Shown: one piece after another, positions 39,820 through 50,079 of the stretch
How positions within the stretch are numbered: the stretch's first letter is position 1
Layout: the number at the start of each line of letters is the position of its first letter
DNA from: Candidatus Hermodarchaeota archaeon
GTDB taxonomy: Archaea; Asgardarchaeota; Lokiarchaeia; Sigyniarchaeales; SOKP01
Assembly (NCBI GenBank): GCA_048885925.1
Contig: JBHLLG010000001.1
Location: 99,105-163,104, forward strand
Direction of reading: 5' to 3'
DNA: 64,000 bases
The notes under the pieces: model-generated
Seen by the model: only the letters and a program-made list of their open reading frames with translations
Databases searched by the model: none
Told to the model about the DNA's origin: nothing
Position numbers and translations under genes: made by a program

Positions 39820-40601
39820 TAACAGCGGGAATTGATTGCGGATCGAAAAATACAAAAGTTGTCATTGTAAAAGAGGGTGTTGTTTTATCAACCGCTTCGG
39901 TATTAAGTGGTTTTGACCAAGAGGAATCAGCAGAACAAGCATTAAAGAATGCTTTAGAAAAAACCGGAATAAAACGTGAAGATGTTGAACATATTACGGC
40001 TACAGGAGCAGGGATGGAAGCAATAAAGTTTTCTCATAATACAATCACTACGATAACGGCAGATGCTAGAGGTACTTATTCAATATTTCCTTCAGTTCGT
40101 ACTATCATTGATATCGGAGCAGAAGAAGGATTAGTTGTAAAAGTTGATGAGCAAGGAAAAGTTAAAGATTTTGGAATAAATGAGAAATGTGCTGCTGGAG
40201 CAGGTGCGTTTATAGAAGCTATGTCAAGAGCTTTAGAAGTGGATATCGAAGATATGGGAGAACTTTCTTTGAAATCCACAAAACAAATTCCTATGAATGC
40301 TCAATGTACAATCTTTGCAGAATCCGAGGTAGTTTCATTAATTCACCAAAAAACTGCTAAAGAAGATATTATTAAAGCCGTACATGATGCAATAGCAGAT
40401 AGAAATACAAGTATGGTACGTCAGATAGGTATTGAGCAAGATGTAGCGTTGATTGGTGGTGTTGCTAATAATATCGGTTTTGTAGATGCAATGAATAAGA
40501 ACTTAGGTTTTGAACTTTTAGTACCTAAAAATGGAATTGCTCCAGAATTTGTTAGCGCATTAGGAGCTGCGCTTATAGCTCAAGATAAAATAGGAGGCTA
40601 G
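39816..40601 (+). CDS. bzdP: Benzoyl-CoA reductase ATPase subunit P
   Basis: MITAGIDCGSKNTK, TATGAG, ADARG, DIGAEEG, INEKCAAGAG, MNAQCTIFAESEVVS. Confidence 0.9.
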   Translation: MITAGIDCGSKNTKVVIVKEGVVLSTASVLSGFDQEESAEQALKNALEKTGIKREDVEHITATGAGMEAIKFSHNTITTITADARGTYSIFPSVRTIIDIGAEEGLVVKVDEQGKVKDFGINEKCAAGAGAFIEAMSRALEVDIEDMGELSLKSTKQIPMNAQCTIFAESEVVSLIHQKTAKEDIIKAVHDAIADRNTSMVRQIGIEQDVALIGGVANNIGFVDAMNKNLGFELLVPKNGIAPEFVSALGAALIAQDKIGG

Positions 40602-40605
40602 AATT

Positions 40606-41493
40606 ATGTCAAATGCAGAATCAGAAAAGGAATATTGGAGATGGACTGAATCTCGTTATACTAGTCCTGATGTAAAATGGGAGGATGGTGAAATTATTTC
40701 AGCAGGAGTGGATGTTGGTTCGGTTAGTACTCAAGCAGTTATCATGGTAGATGGAGAAATTTACTGTTATTCAAGTATGAGAACTGGTAGTGATAGTCCT
40801 GATAGTGCTAAAAATGCTATGGATTGGGCACTCGAGGGTACTGGTTTAACTTTAGATAAAATTCAATATGTTGTTGGAACTGGATACGGTCGAGTTAATG
40901 TTCCATTTGCAAAGAGAGCTATTACTGAAATAGCATGCCATGCAAGAGGTGCTAATTTCATTTATGGTCCAGAAATAAGGACTGTATTAGATATGGGGGG
41001 TCAAGATTGTAAAGCAATACGATGTGATCAACGCGGTAAAGTTACAGCATTTCTTATGAACGATAAATGTGCAGCAGGAACAGGAAGAGGTATGGAAGTA
41101 TTTGCAGACTTACTTCAAGTACATATCAATGATGTAGGTAAAATGTCTTTAGAAGTTGATGAAGAACCAGAGCCAGTTAGCAGCACTTGTGTTGTGTTTG
41201 CAAAATCAGAAGCAGTAGGATTACTAAGAAAGGGATGGCCAAAAGAAAAAGTTTTAGCTGCATATTGCTCAGCTATGGCACATCGAGTTGTGACTCTATT
41301 ATTACGACTTGGAATCGAGGAAAAATTTGCAATAACCGGCGGGATCGCTAAAAATATTGGAGTGGTTAAAAGACTTGAAGATGAATTAAAACTTAAAGCT
41401 CCCGAGCCGAAGATTGATCCCCAAATTGCAGGAGCGATTGGTGCTGCTTTATTTGCTAAAGCTTTAGTTGAAAAAGAACTTAAAAAGGCTTAA
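40606..41493 (+). CDS. bzdQ: Benzoyl-CoA reductase ATPase subunit Q
   Basis: EYWRWTE, AGVDVGSVSTQA, RTGSDSPDSA, TEIACHARG, DMGGQDCK, MNDKCAAGTG, STCVVFAKSE. Confidence 0.93.
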   Translation: MSNAESEKEYWRWTESRYTSPDVKWEDGEIISAGVDVGSVSTQAVIMVDGEIYCYSSMRTGSDSPDSAKNAMDWALEGTGLTLDKIQYVVGTGYGRVNVPFAKRAITEIACHARGANFIYGPEIRTVLDMGGQDCKAIRCDQRGKVTAFLMNDKCAAGTGRGMEVFADLLQVHINDVGKMSLEVDEEPEPVSSTCVVFAKSEAVGLLRKGWPKEKVLAAYCSAMAHRVVTLLLRLGIEEKFAITGGIAKNIGVVKRLEDELKLKAPEPKIDPQIAGAIGAALFAKALVEKELKKA

Positions 41494-41529
41494 ATTTATT
41501 TTAAAATATTTAAAAAGAAAGGGAAGTAA

Positions 41530-41820
41530 ATGACAAAAGCAAATTATGGTTATAAAGATGGTTCTGGGGAATACTTTATTACCATCGATACGGATTTGTG
41601 TAATTCATGTGGAAAATGCGTAGAAGCATGTCCAGTAGCTGTTCTTGAAATGGCTGAAAATGAGTTAGATCCTCTAGGAGATGAAATTATTGCGATAGTT
41701 TCTGAAGAACATCGTAAGAAAATAAAATATTCATGTGCTCCTTGTAAACCGGGTGGTAAAACAAAAGAACTACCTTGTGTAGAAGCATGTGAACCAGGAG
41801 CAATCTCTCACTCTTGGTAA
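41530..41820 (+). CDS. bzdM: 2[4Fe-4S] ferredoxin, BzdM type
   Basis: ANYGYKDGSGEYFITIDTD.CNSCGKCVEACP, KYSCAPC, PCVEACEPGAISHSW. Confidence 0.88.
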   Translation: MTKANYGYKDGSGEYFITIDTDLCNSCGKCVEACPVAVLEMAENELDPLGDEIIAIVSEEHRKKIKYSCAPCKPGGKTKELPCVEACEPGAISHSW

Positions 41821-41827
41821 TTCATAA

Positions 41828-42484
41828 TTAAATATTATAAGATACAATCCAAAAATACTTTAAAAATTGAATTTTAAGATTTTTTACTTTATTTTCAAGA
41901 ATATCACGTATTTCCTTCTTCGTGGGAAAATTTTTTAATATTTCATATTCTCGTCCATCCTCTAATTTCCTTATTTGATAAGTATTTCCATGAATATCCA
42001 TTCTGCTAATCGATATAGAACTTCTCTTTACATGTCGATTATCAATAAAAATAATAAGAGCATTTGGTTGAACTTTTGAATGAAATAATGTAATAAATTG
42101 TTTTAATTTAGATTTTGGTATATGAGACCACCAAAAACCAGCAAAACCAGCCGAAAAATTACCTTGAATTTTGTTTAATATATAAACATCATCTTGAATA
42201 AAGATTACCTTATTTGAAGGAATGCCACGATTTTTTGCTATTTGAAGTACCTCATCATTAATATCAACAGCAGTGATACATTTTGATACAATTGCGATAG
42301 TTTTTGTCCAATATCCCGTTCCACATGCGATCTCAAGAACTATATGATCTTTTAAAAGAGTTTTTAGCAATTTATGAAGTTTCTTAATATCTTTTTGACG
42401 TTCGGGTCTCAAATATGTCTTATCATATTCATAAGCCCTATCTGCATAATATTGCTTTATATTGTTATCAATTCTTCTAGCCAT
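41828..42484 (-). CDS. Class I SAM-dependent methyltransferase
   Basis: VLEIACGTGYWT, AVD, FAGFWWSH. Confidence 0.88.
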   Translation of the reverse strand: MARRIDNNIKQYYADRAYEYDKTYLRPERQKDIKKLHKLLKTLLKDHIVLEIACGTGYWTKTIAIVSKCITAVDINDEVLQIAKNRGIPSNKVIFIQDDVYILNKIQGNFSAGFAGFWWSHIPKSKLKQFITLFHSKVQPNALIIFIDNRHVKRSSISISRMDIHGNTYQIRKLEDGREYEILKNFPTKKEIRDILENKVKNLKIQFLKYFWIVSYNI

Positions 42485-42656
42485 ATATATGCTATTCTAG
42501 TCAAATTGTAGTAATATATTTATTATATTATCTTATTTTGTAGTGTAATGAAATTCTCAAATTTATACAAATAAATCTTAATTTTTGAATAATATATATT
42601 GAACTATACCATAATTTTTTTTTAAGATTATTTCTAGATTTAATTAATTTTAGAGA

Positions 42657-45188
42657 GTGCAGAAAATGGATACAATATCAATAAATATTAATGGGACTAA
42701 AATTGAAGCTGAGAGAGGATCTACGATTTTAAAGGCATCTCAAAATGCCGGAATATATATCCCTAGTATTTGTGCGCATCCTGATTTGCCGGCATTGGTT
42801 GGTTTAAAGCCAAATGAGGAAATTTTCCAAGGAGATTCAAAATTCATAAATGATAATTCTCAAGAACATCAAGGATGTCAGCTTTGTATAGTGAAAGTAG
42901 AAGGGATTGAAGATTTAACAACTTCATGTAATAAAATTATTGAAGAGGGCATGGTAATCTCAACTGATACCCCCGAAATTCAAAATTTTCGCCGTGAAAA
43001 ATTAAAAAATATACTCTCGAAACATCCACATGCATGTTTAATGTGTGCACAACGCGAAGGTTGCCCTCGTGAGCCATGTTCACCGAATGTTCCAATAGAA
43101 GAAAGATGTTGTCCAATCTTAGGAAGATGTGAATTACAAAAGGTTGCAGAATATATTGGAATTCGAGAAGATACTCCACGGTATAAACCTCAAGGACGCA
43201 CTATTATTGACAACGACCCCCTCTTCATTAGAAATTACGAATTATGTATCGGATGTACTCGTTGTGTGAGAGTTTGTAAAGATGTTCGTGGTATTGAAGC
43301 TTTGGGATTTGTTTATTCAAATGGAGAAACTATAGTTGGAAGCCTAGCACCTACACTTAAAGAGTCAAGTTGTAAATTTTGTGGAGCCTGTGTCGAGGTT
43401 TGTCCAACAGGAGCACTTACAGATAAAGATATACTCTGGGCTGAAAGAGAAAAATTATTAGTTCCTTGCAAGGATGCTTGCCCAATAGGTATTGATGTGC
43501 CAAGATATATAAGATTAATAGCAGAAGGAAAATATGGTGAAGCAGCAGCAGTTATTCGCGAAAAAACACCTTTTCCTACAGTTCTTGGTAGGGTTTGTTT
43601 CCATGATTGTGAACTTGAATGTCGTCGAAATCAAATTAATGAATCTATAGCTATTTGCGCATTAAAGCGTTTTGCAATGGAACATGATAGTGAGTTATGG
43701 AGTTTAAAAGTAAAAATAGGATCTCCAACAGGTAAAAAGATAGCTATTGTAGGTTCTGGTCCTGCGGGTCTTACAGCAGCATATTATTTAAGAAGATTTG
43801 GGCATGCTGTTACTGTATTTGAAGCAAATTCTTATGTAGGAGGAATGTTAAGAGTAGGAATTCCGGAATATAGGTTGCCACGAGCAGCCCTTCAAAAAGA
43901 CCTTAACCATATTTTGAGTATAGGAATTGATATTCAAACTGATAAAGTCGTAGGAGAACATTTATCACTTGATAATTTGAAGAATCAAGGTTTCAATGCA
44001 ATGTTTTTGGCTATTGGTGCTCAAAATACGAAGAAGCTCGATATAGTAGGTTCAAATTTACCAAATATTCTTTGGGGTCTTGATTTCCTAAAGAGAGTTA
44101 ATCTTGGTGAGGAAGTTAAAATAACGGAGAATATAATTATTATTGGTGGAGGTAATGTAGCTATAGATGTAGCTTTAACAGCGCGACGATTAGGTGCAAA
44201 AAATATACAATTAATTTGTTTAGAATGCAGAGAAGAGATGCCTGCTCATGAATGGGAAATTCAAAAGGCAATAGATGAAGGGATAACATTAAACTGCTCA
44301 TGGGGTCCAAAAAGTATAGTTGATATGGATGGTAAAGTTTCTGAAGTAGAACTAATCCATTGTGATTCGGTATTTGATGATAACAAAATTTTTAATCCCA
44401 TTTTTGATGAAACCAAAACAAAATCTATTAAAACTGATATGGTTATAATGGCTATAGGACAAGTCCCAGATTTAACCCTTTTAGGAATTGAAAACAAAAT
44501 TAATCTCTCTCCATCGGGTTTAATTCAGACAAAAGAAAAAAGCTTAGAAACAAATATACCTGGGATTTTTGCTGGTGGTGAAGTTATAAATAGTCCCAGT
44601 TCTGTTGTTGATGCAATTAAAATGGGACGATTAGCAGCTTCTTCAATTGATAAGTATTTAGGAGGGAAAGGTGAAATTGAAGATATATTTATTGAAAGAG
44701 ATGTTCCTGATCTTTTCTTAGGACGAGATGAAAATTTTTACGATAAACCACGTGTTAAAATGCCATTATTATCATTAGAAGAATGTTTGAATAGTTTTGA
44801 GGAAATTGAACTAGGGTTTAACGAAAAATTAGCATTAGAAGAAGCAACCCGATGTTTAAGGTGTGATTTACGATTTAATATCTTACCTGCTGTACTTCCA
44901 CCCCAAAAATGGTTAGATTTGACTAGTGAGAATATTCGAAATGTACCTGAAATTGAAGGTGTGATTCAAATCTTGAATGAAAATCAAGAGATAATAATTA
45001 TACAAGGAACTACTAATTTACGTGTAGCGTTAGAAGAACAGCTAAAAATTAACCCAAAAGCTCGCTATTTTAACTTCAATGAAGATCCAATGTATACTAA
45101 ACGAGAGAGTGAACTACTTCAACAATTTATGCAAGAATTTGGAAGATTCCCGGAAGGGAATGAAGATCTTGATGATGAATTATTCTAA
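42657..45188 (+). CDS. bzdV: NAD(P)H:ferredoxin oxidoreductase, BzdV-like (Fe-S domains + GltD-like flavoprotein + C-terminal extension)
   Basis: NuoG-like N-terminus (IPSICAH, CQLC, HPHAC, CELQ, CIGCTRC, CKFCGAC), PCKDACP, GRVCFHDCE, GSGPAG, GGGNVAID, RCLRC, C-terminal DPMYTKRESELLQQF; ATG 42666 alternative start. Confidence 0.85.
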   Translation: MQKMDTISININGTKIEAERGSTILKASQNAGIYIPSICAHPDLPALVGLKPNEEIFQGDSKFINDNSQEHQGCQLCIVKVEGIEDLTTSCNKIIEEGMVISTDTPEIQNFRREKLKNILSKHPHACLMCAQREGCPREPCSPNVPIEERCCPILGRCELQKVAEYIGIREDTPRYKPQGRTIIDNDPLFIRNYELCIGCTRCVRVCKDVRGIEALGFVYSNGETIVGSLAPTLKESSCKFCGACVEVCPTGALTDKDILWAEREKLLVPCKDACPIGIDVPRYIRLIAEGKYGEAAAVIREKTPFPTVLGRVCFHDCELECRRNQINESIAICALKRFAMEHDSELWSLKVKIGSPTGKKIAIVGSGPAGLTAAYYLRRFGHAVTVFEANSYVGGMLRVGIPEYRLPRAALQKDLNHILSIGIDIQTDKVVGEHLSLDNLKNQGFNAMFLAIGAQNTKKLDIVGSNLPNILWGLDFLKRVNLGEEVKITENIIIIGGGNVAIDVALTARRLGAKNIQLICLECREEMPAHEWEIQKAIDEGITLNCSWGPKSIVDMDGKVSEVELIHCDSVFDDNKIFNPIFDETKTKSIKTDMVIMAIGQVPDLTLLGIENKINLSPSGLIQTKEKSLETNIPGIFAGGEVINSPSSVVDAIKMGRLAASSIDKYLGGKGEIEDIFIERDVPDLFLGRDENFYDKPRVKMPLLSLEECLNSFEEIELGFNEKLALEEATRCLRCDLRFNILPAVLPPQKWLDLTSENIRNVPEIEGVIQILNENQEIIIIQGTTNLRVALEEQLKINPKARYFNFNEDPMYTKRESELLQQFMQEFGRFPEGNEDLDDELF

Positions 45189-45200
45189 AATTTAGATTTT

Positions 45201-47840
45201 CTATTCATTTATTTTTGGAAGCGAAAAATAGAATGTTGAACCCTTATTTATTCCCCCTGATTCTACCCAAATTCTTCCACCATGTAGATCAATAATCTTT
45301 TTAGCAATATGTAAACCTAAACCAGAACCTTCGGTAATAATATCAAATCCCTGACCATAGCGTTCTATTTTTCCGAATTGAGTAAATAATCTTTTTATTT
45401 GTTCTTCTGTGAATCCAATACCATTATCTTGGATTGCAATTGTTATGAAATTGTCCTCAATTATAGATTTGACTCCTATTATCCCATTTAGTGGGGTATA
45501 TTTGATTGCATTAGTTATAAGATTATTAATTACATGACGTATCTGTTCTTTGTCAAAATTAATTATTAAATTATCATTTATATCTACTATAATTGAATGT
45601 CCTCTTAATTTAGCAAAACTCCTTAATTCTTTCACACTTAACTCAATTAGAGAAGATAAATTATTTCTAACCATATTTAATTCACCTTCACCTGAGTCTA
45701 ATTCAGCTTTGTGCATGATATCATAAATTAGGGTTTCTAGACGGAGAACGCCTTTTTTGATATGACTAATTATTTGTAGTTCATCAATACCGAGGTTATC
45801 TTTATAATTTTGTAATAATAAATCAGCATATCCTTTAATATGCATAACTGGTGTTTTTAACTCATGAGATGTTCGAGTAAGAAGCTCAGATTTTAATTTA
45901 CTTAGCCTTTTCAATTCTTTTTCTGCTTTTTTACGATCCGTAATATCCTCTCCTGAACTTAATGTTCCACTAATATTACCGTTCTTATCATATAACGTAG
46001 TATTATGCCAGGCAATGATTCTCTCCTGACCTTCCTTAGTTATTATAGGATTTATGAAAAATTCAACTGATTCTAAATCTCCATTTATTATTTGTTTAAA
46101 GATACCAGAAATTTCTTCTTTTAATCTTGGAGGAATGCAATTTTCAAACCAGTTTAACCCTATTAATTCACCCTCTTCATAATTGAGTATTTCAAAACCT
46201 TTTTTATTTAGTAACGTTATTATGCCATCTCTATTTAACGCTATTAGAATAACTCCTGCTAAATTTAAATATGTGTCTGCTTGTTCACGTGCCCTTTTTA
46301 TTTTTTCTACCGCTTTTTTTCTTTGAGTAATATCATGAAGGATCACTAACTTTGAAAATGTTCCATCTGCTCTCTTTATAGGTGTTGCTATGATTTCGTA
46401 AAATTTGTTAGTTACCAGACTATCCCACTCCCATCTAATAGATCCATATGTAATGTTTTGTAGCGTTTTACACCATGGACATGGTTTTGATATATTTTGA
46501 AAATATTCATAACATTTTTTATTTTCAGATGAACCAAATGCGTTTTTAAGGGAAGGATTTACGAATTCAATTTCGTAATTATTATTGATAATGTAAACAC
46601 CATCTTCCATTGAATTTAACATATTAAGGAGATTATCTCTTTCATCTTTTAATCTTTCCTCAGATTCTCTTAATTTAATCTCTGCTTGCTTTGATTCAGT
46701 AATATCTTTTACAATTGCTTGAATTAATATTTTATCTTTTAAGTGCACTGCAGAACTATGCCAGTATAACCATCGTTTTTCACCATCTTGTCTTACTATT
46801 TCTATCTCCACTGGTTTGAGTTCTTTTCCTTTTGATCGGTCTTCTGCTCTTTTTTTAAATATTTGTAGTAGTTCATTTGAATTTTTGAATAAACTAATTA
46901 TTTCTGTAAAGTTCTTTCCATAACTAAGTTTAGAAGGAAATCCAGAAAATGAAGTAGAAGCTGATGTATTACCCTCAAGTAAATTTCCATTCTCATCAAA
47001 TAGGAAAATACCAAGAGGAGAATTATTAAACAAATTATGATATTTTTCTTCAGAATCTTTTAATTTTTGTTCTGCAATTTTTTTATTAGTAACATTTTGA
47101 AGCGTAAAAACTAATCCTTCTACTACTTCAGTATCATTTTTAATAGGAATTAAACTCCAATCCCAATAAGTTATCCCTCTTTCTGGATGTTCTGCGTACT
47201 CAAATGATTTAGCATATGCAAAATAAGGCTCACCTGTTTCTACAACCTTCCGAAAAATCTCTTCATTCTCTTTATTTGGATACAAATCAAAATGATTTTT
47301 ACCAGGAAAGTAGGATTCATCTTTATCATCAGCCTTAGCATAAGCGCGATTAACTTTAACAAAATTAAATTGAGAATCTAAGTATGCTACCAACATATGA
47401 GTATGATCCAAAATAGCTTTTAAAATTTGGTCTGCTTTTCTCTGCTCAGTAATATCTCTAACAAATATTGCGACATGATCCTTTGAGAAGTAAAGATTTC
47501 TAGCTTCATAGTGATGAATGACATTATTTATAGGAAGTGAATATTCAATTATAGTTGGTTTCTTTGTTTCTAAAGTCTTTTTAATTGCACCATAATATTT
47601 TTCAGATACATCCCTGGGAAGAGTCTCTTTAATTTTTTTTCCGAGGAACATTTCGGGAGTCAAAAAAAGAATATCCTCATTTCCTTTGAAATCTAAATGC
47701 CTCCCTTCACTATCTACGAGGAAATACAAATCAGGAATTGCTTCGAAAATTCTCTGAAACTTCTTAATTGATGCTTTTGAATTTTTGGTCCCATACATTT
47801 CATTAGCGACATTTTTGTTAAATTCTGACAAAATAATCAC
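45201..47840 (-). CDS. Soluble multi-PAS sensor histidine kinase
   Basis: Five PAS/PAC-like repeats ending (R/K/H/E)DIT or QNVT, H-box SHELKTP, NLITNAIKY, DNGIG, GSGLGL. Confidence 0.92.
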   Translation of the reverse strand: MIILSEFNKNVANEMYGTKNSKASIKKFQRIFEAIPDLYFLVDSEGRHLDFKGNEDILFLTPEMFLGKKIKETLPRDVSEKYYGAIKKTLETKKPTIIEYSLPINNVIHHYEARNLYFSKDHVAIFVRDITEQRKADQILKAILDHTHMLVAYLDSQFNFVKVNRAYAKADDKDESYFPGKNHFDLYPNKENEEIFRKVVETGEPYFAYAKSFEYAEHPERGITYWDWSLIPIKNDTEVVEGLVFTLQNVTNKKIAEQKLKDSEEKYHNLFNNSPLGIFLFDENGNLLEGNTSASTSFSGFPSKLSYGKNFTEIISLFKNSNELLQIFKKRAEDRSKGKELKPVEIEIVRQDGEKRWLYWHSSAVHLKDKILIQAIVKDITESKQAEIKLRESEERLKDERDNLLNMLNSMEDGVYIINNNYEIEFVNPSLKNAFGSSENKKCYEYFQNISKPCPWCKTLQNITYGSIRWEWDSLVTNKFYEIIATPIKRADGTFSKLVILHDITQRKKAVEKIKRAREQADTYLNLAGVILIALNRDGIITLLNKKGFEILNYEEGELIGLNWFENCIPPRLKEEISGIFKQIINGDLESVEFFINPIITKEGQERIIAWHNTTLYDKNGNISGTLSSGEDITDRKKAEKELKRLSKLKSELLTRTSHELKTPVMHIKGYADLLLQNYKDNLGIDELQIISHIKKGVLRLETLIYDIMHKAELDSGEGELNMVRNNLSSLIELSVKELRSFAKLRGHSIIVDINDNLIINFDKEQIRHVINNLITNAIKYTPLNGIIGVKSIIEDNFITIAIQDNGIGFTEEQIKRLFTQFGKIERYGQGFDIITEGSGLGLHIAKKIIDLHGGRIWVESGGINKGSTFYFSLPKINE

Positions 47841-48006
47841 ATTCTCTTGGATATTAATATTCTAAAAACTAAATTTTCAAACGACAATAAAAATATAATT
47901 TAAGAATTATTATTTATTCCTTTTTACAAAAAGATATAAAAGAATTTTATTGTAAAAATAACGAAACACTAAAAATTGAACTTAAGCTAAAAGAATATAT
48001 CTTTTT

Positions 48007-49200
48007 TTAATTTTCATTCAATTTTTCCTTTAAAGCATTAGTCAATAAGGGCAAAACTTCGCAAAGATCTCCAATAATTCCATAATTTGCCACATTAAAA
48101 ATTGGAGCATCTGGATCTTTATTAATTGCGATTATTATATCGCTGCTTTTCATTCCAACTAAGTGTTGGATCGTCCCTGATATACCACATGCAATATAAA
48201 TTTTTGGGGAAACAGTATTTCCACTCTGTCCTACTTGTTGTGATTTCGGAATCCACCCTAAATCTACAGCAGCTCTGCTTGCTCCTACAGCAGCATTTAA
48301 TACGCTAGCTAAATTCTCAATTAATTTAAAATTTTCCTTACTTCCTACACCTCGTCCACCAGATACAATAGTATCTGCCTCACAAACCGGGATACCACAT
48401 TCACCACTAGTTCCCTTGATTATTTCTTTTGTCTTTACTCTTAAACTTTGAAGATCTATCGTTATAGGTACTTCAATGATTTCAGCATTATTATTTTCTT
48501 GAATTGGTGCCATTTCCATAACATTAGGTCTAACAGTCGCCATTTGAGGACGTGTTGAAGGACAAATAATATCTGCCATAATATTTCCACCGAATGCTGG
48601 TCGTGTCTGTAATAGTAACCCATCTCTTATAGATAATCCAGTACAATCAGCAGTAAGTCCTAATTGAAGAGTGGCAGCCACTCTTGGTGCTAAATCTCTT
48701 CCATTTATAGTTGCTGGATATAATACAATATTTGGGTCATATTTTGCAATTATACCTGTGATAACAGAGGAATATGTTTCAGTATAATAATCCTTAAGTG
48801 CTTCATGTTCGGCAATATAAATTTTGTTAGCACCACGTTTTGAAAATTCTGGAGCAAATATTTTAACATTATCTCCTATAAGTACCACACACACTTTTTG
48901 TTTCAATTCAGTTGCCAGTTCTTTTGCTTTACCTAATAATTCAAAAGATACATTTCTGACCCTATTATCTTTTGTTTCAGCAATAATCCACACATCTTGA
49001 AATTGTGATAAATCAACTTCCTCCCTTTTCTTCCTTTGAATCTTGATTGCTTCCACATTGCACTGATCCACACATGCACCACAAAGAGTACACTCATCTC
49101 CAATAATAGCAATTTTTTCTACAATTGTTATTGCCCCAAATGGACATGCTTTTTCACAAAGTCCACATCCAGTACATTTATCCTTATCTACATTTATCAA
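48007..49200 (-). CDS. etfA: ETF alpha subunit with N-terminal 2[4Fe-4S] ferredoxin domain (second copy)
   Basis: CTGCGLCEKAC, CTLCGACVDQC, GLTADCT, TRPAFGG, QVGQSG, CGISG. Confidence 0.92.
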   Translation of the reverse strand: MINVDKDKCTGCGLCEKACPFGAITIVEKIAIIGDECTLCGACVDQCNVEAIKIQRKKREEVDLSQFQDVWIIAETKDNRVRNVSFELLGKAKELATELKQKVCVVLIGDNVKIFAPEFSKRGANKIYIAEHEALKDYYTETYSSVITGIIAKYDPNIVLYPATINGRDLAPRVAATLQLGLTADCTGLSIRDGLLLQTRPAFGGNIMADIICPSTRPQMATVRPNVMEMAPIQENNNAEIIEVPITIDLQSLRVKTKEIIKGTSGECGIPVCEADTIVSGGRGVGSKENFKLIENLASVLNAAVGASRAAVDLGWIPKSQQVGQSGNTVSPKIYIACGISGTIQHLVGMKSSDIIIAINKDPDAPIFNVANYGIIGDLCEVLPLLTNALKEKLNEN

Positions 49201-49201
49201 T

Positions 49202-49990
49202 CTAAAGCACCTTATCCTTAGTTAATAATTCGATTAATTTTTGAACCGCAGCTTCAGATGACTCCTCTTTAATAACAACACCTTGTTGTCTTGCTGGGGG
49301 GGAATAAACTTTAATGACTTCGGTTAATGAGCCATTTAATCCATAATCTTCCTTATTACCCCCCAGTTCATCAGCATCCCATGTAGAAAATGGCTTTTTA
49401 TTAGCTTTCATTATATTCATCATGGGAGGGTTAGTTGGTTCAAACGAAGACGGGGTTATTCCTGTTATTAGCACTGGAAGTCTTACTTCTACAATTTTGT
49501 ACCCATCATCTGTTTGAACTTTTGCAGTTAATTTTTTACCTTCTAATTTTTCAACACTTTCAACATGAGTTATCTGAGGAATACCTAACTGAGCTGCAAT
49601 TTCAGGCCCTACTTGAGCAGTGTCTCCATCTATTGCTTGTAAACCACAGAATATCATATTATAATCTCCAATTTTTTTGATACTTTGAACAAGAGTATAA
49701 GACGTTGCCCAAGTATCAGCACCAGCAAAAACCTTATCACTTAGCAGGATTGCTTTATCTGCACCTAATGCTAAACACTTCAATAATGCTTTTTTAGCTT
49801 GAGTTGGACCCATAGAAATAACAATAATCTCGTCACCTTCTTTTTTGATTTTGATTGCTTCTTCAAGTGCAAATTGATCAAAGGGATTTAGTATACTAGG
49901 GACTCCCTCTCTTATTAGAGTGTTTGTTTCAGGGTCAATTTTAACTTCAGTTGTATCGGGAACTTGTTTTACACATACAATAAATCTCAT
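49202..49990 (-). CDS. etfB: ETF beta subunit (second copy)
   Basis: VCVKQVPD, FAGADTWAT, CGLQAIDGDTAQVGP. Confidence 0.92.
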   Translation of the reverse strand: MRFIVCVKQVPDTTEVKIDPETNTLIREGVPSILNPFDQFALEEAIKIKKEGDEIIVISMGPTQAKKALLKCLALGADKAILLSDKVFAGADTWATSYTLVQSIKKIGDYNMIFCGLQAIDGDTAQVGPEIAAQLGIPQITHVESVEKLEGKKLTAKVQTDDGYKIVEVRLPVLITGITPSSFEPTNPPMMNIMKANKKPFSTWDADELGGNKEDYGLNGSLTEVIKVYSPPARQQGVVIKEESSEAAVQKLIELLTKDKVL

Positions 49991-50079
49991 GGTCTCATCA
50001 ATATTTAACTAGGATTCTATATTCAATCTCAATCTTTTAAGAGTTAAATAAAGATATTAAAAATATAAAAAAAAGTTAA

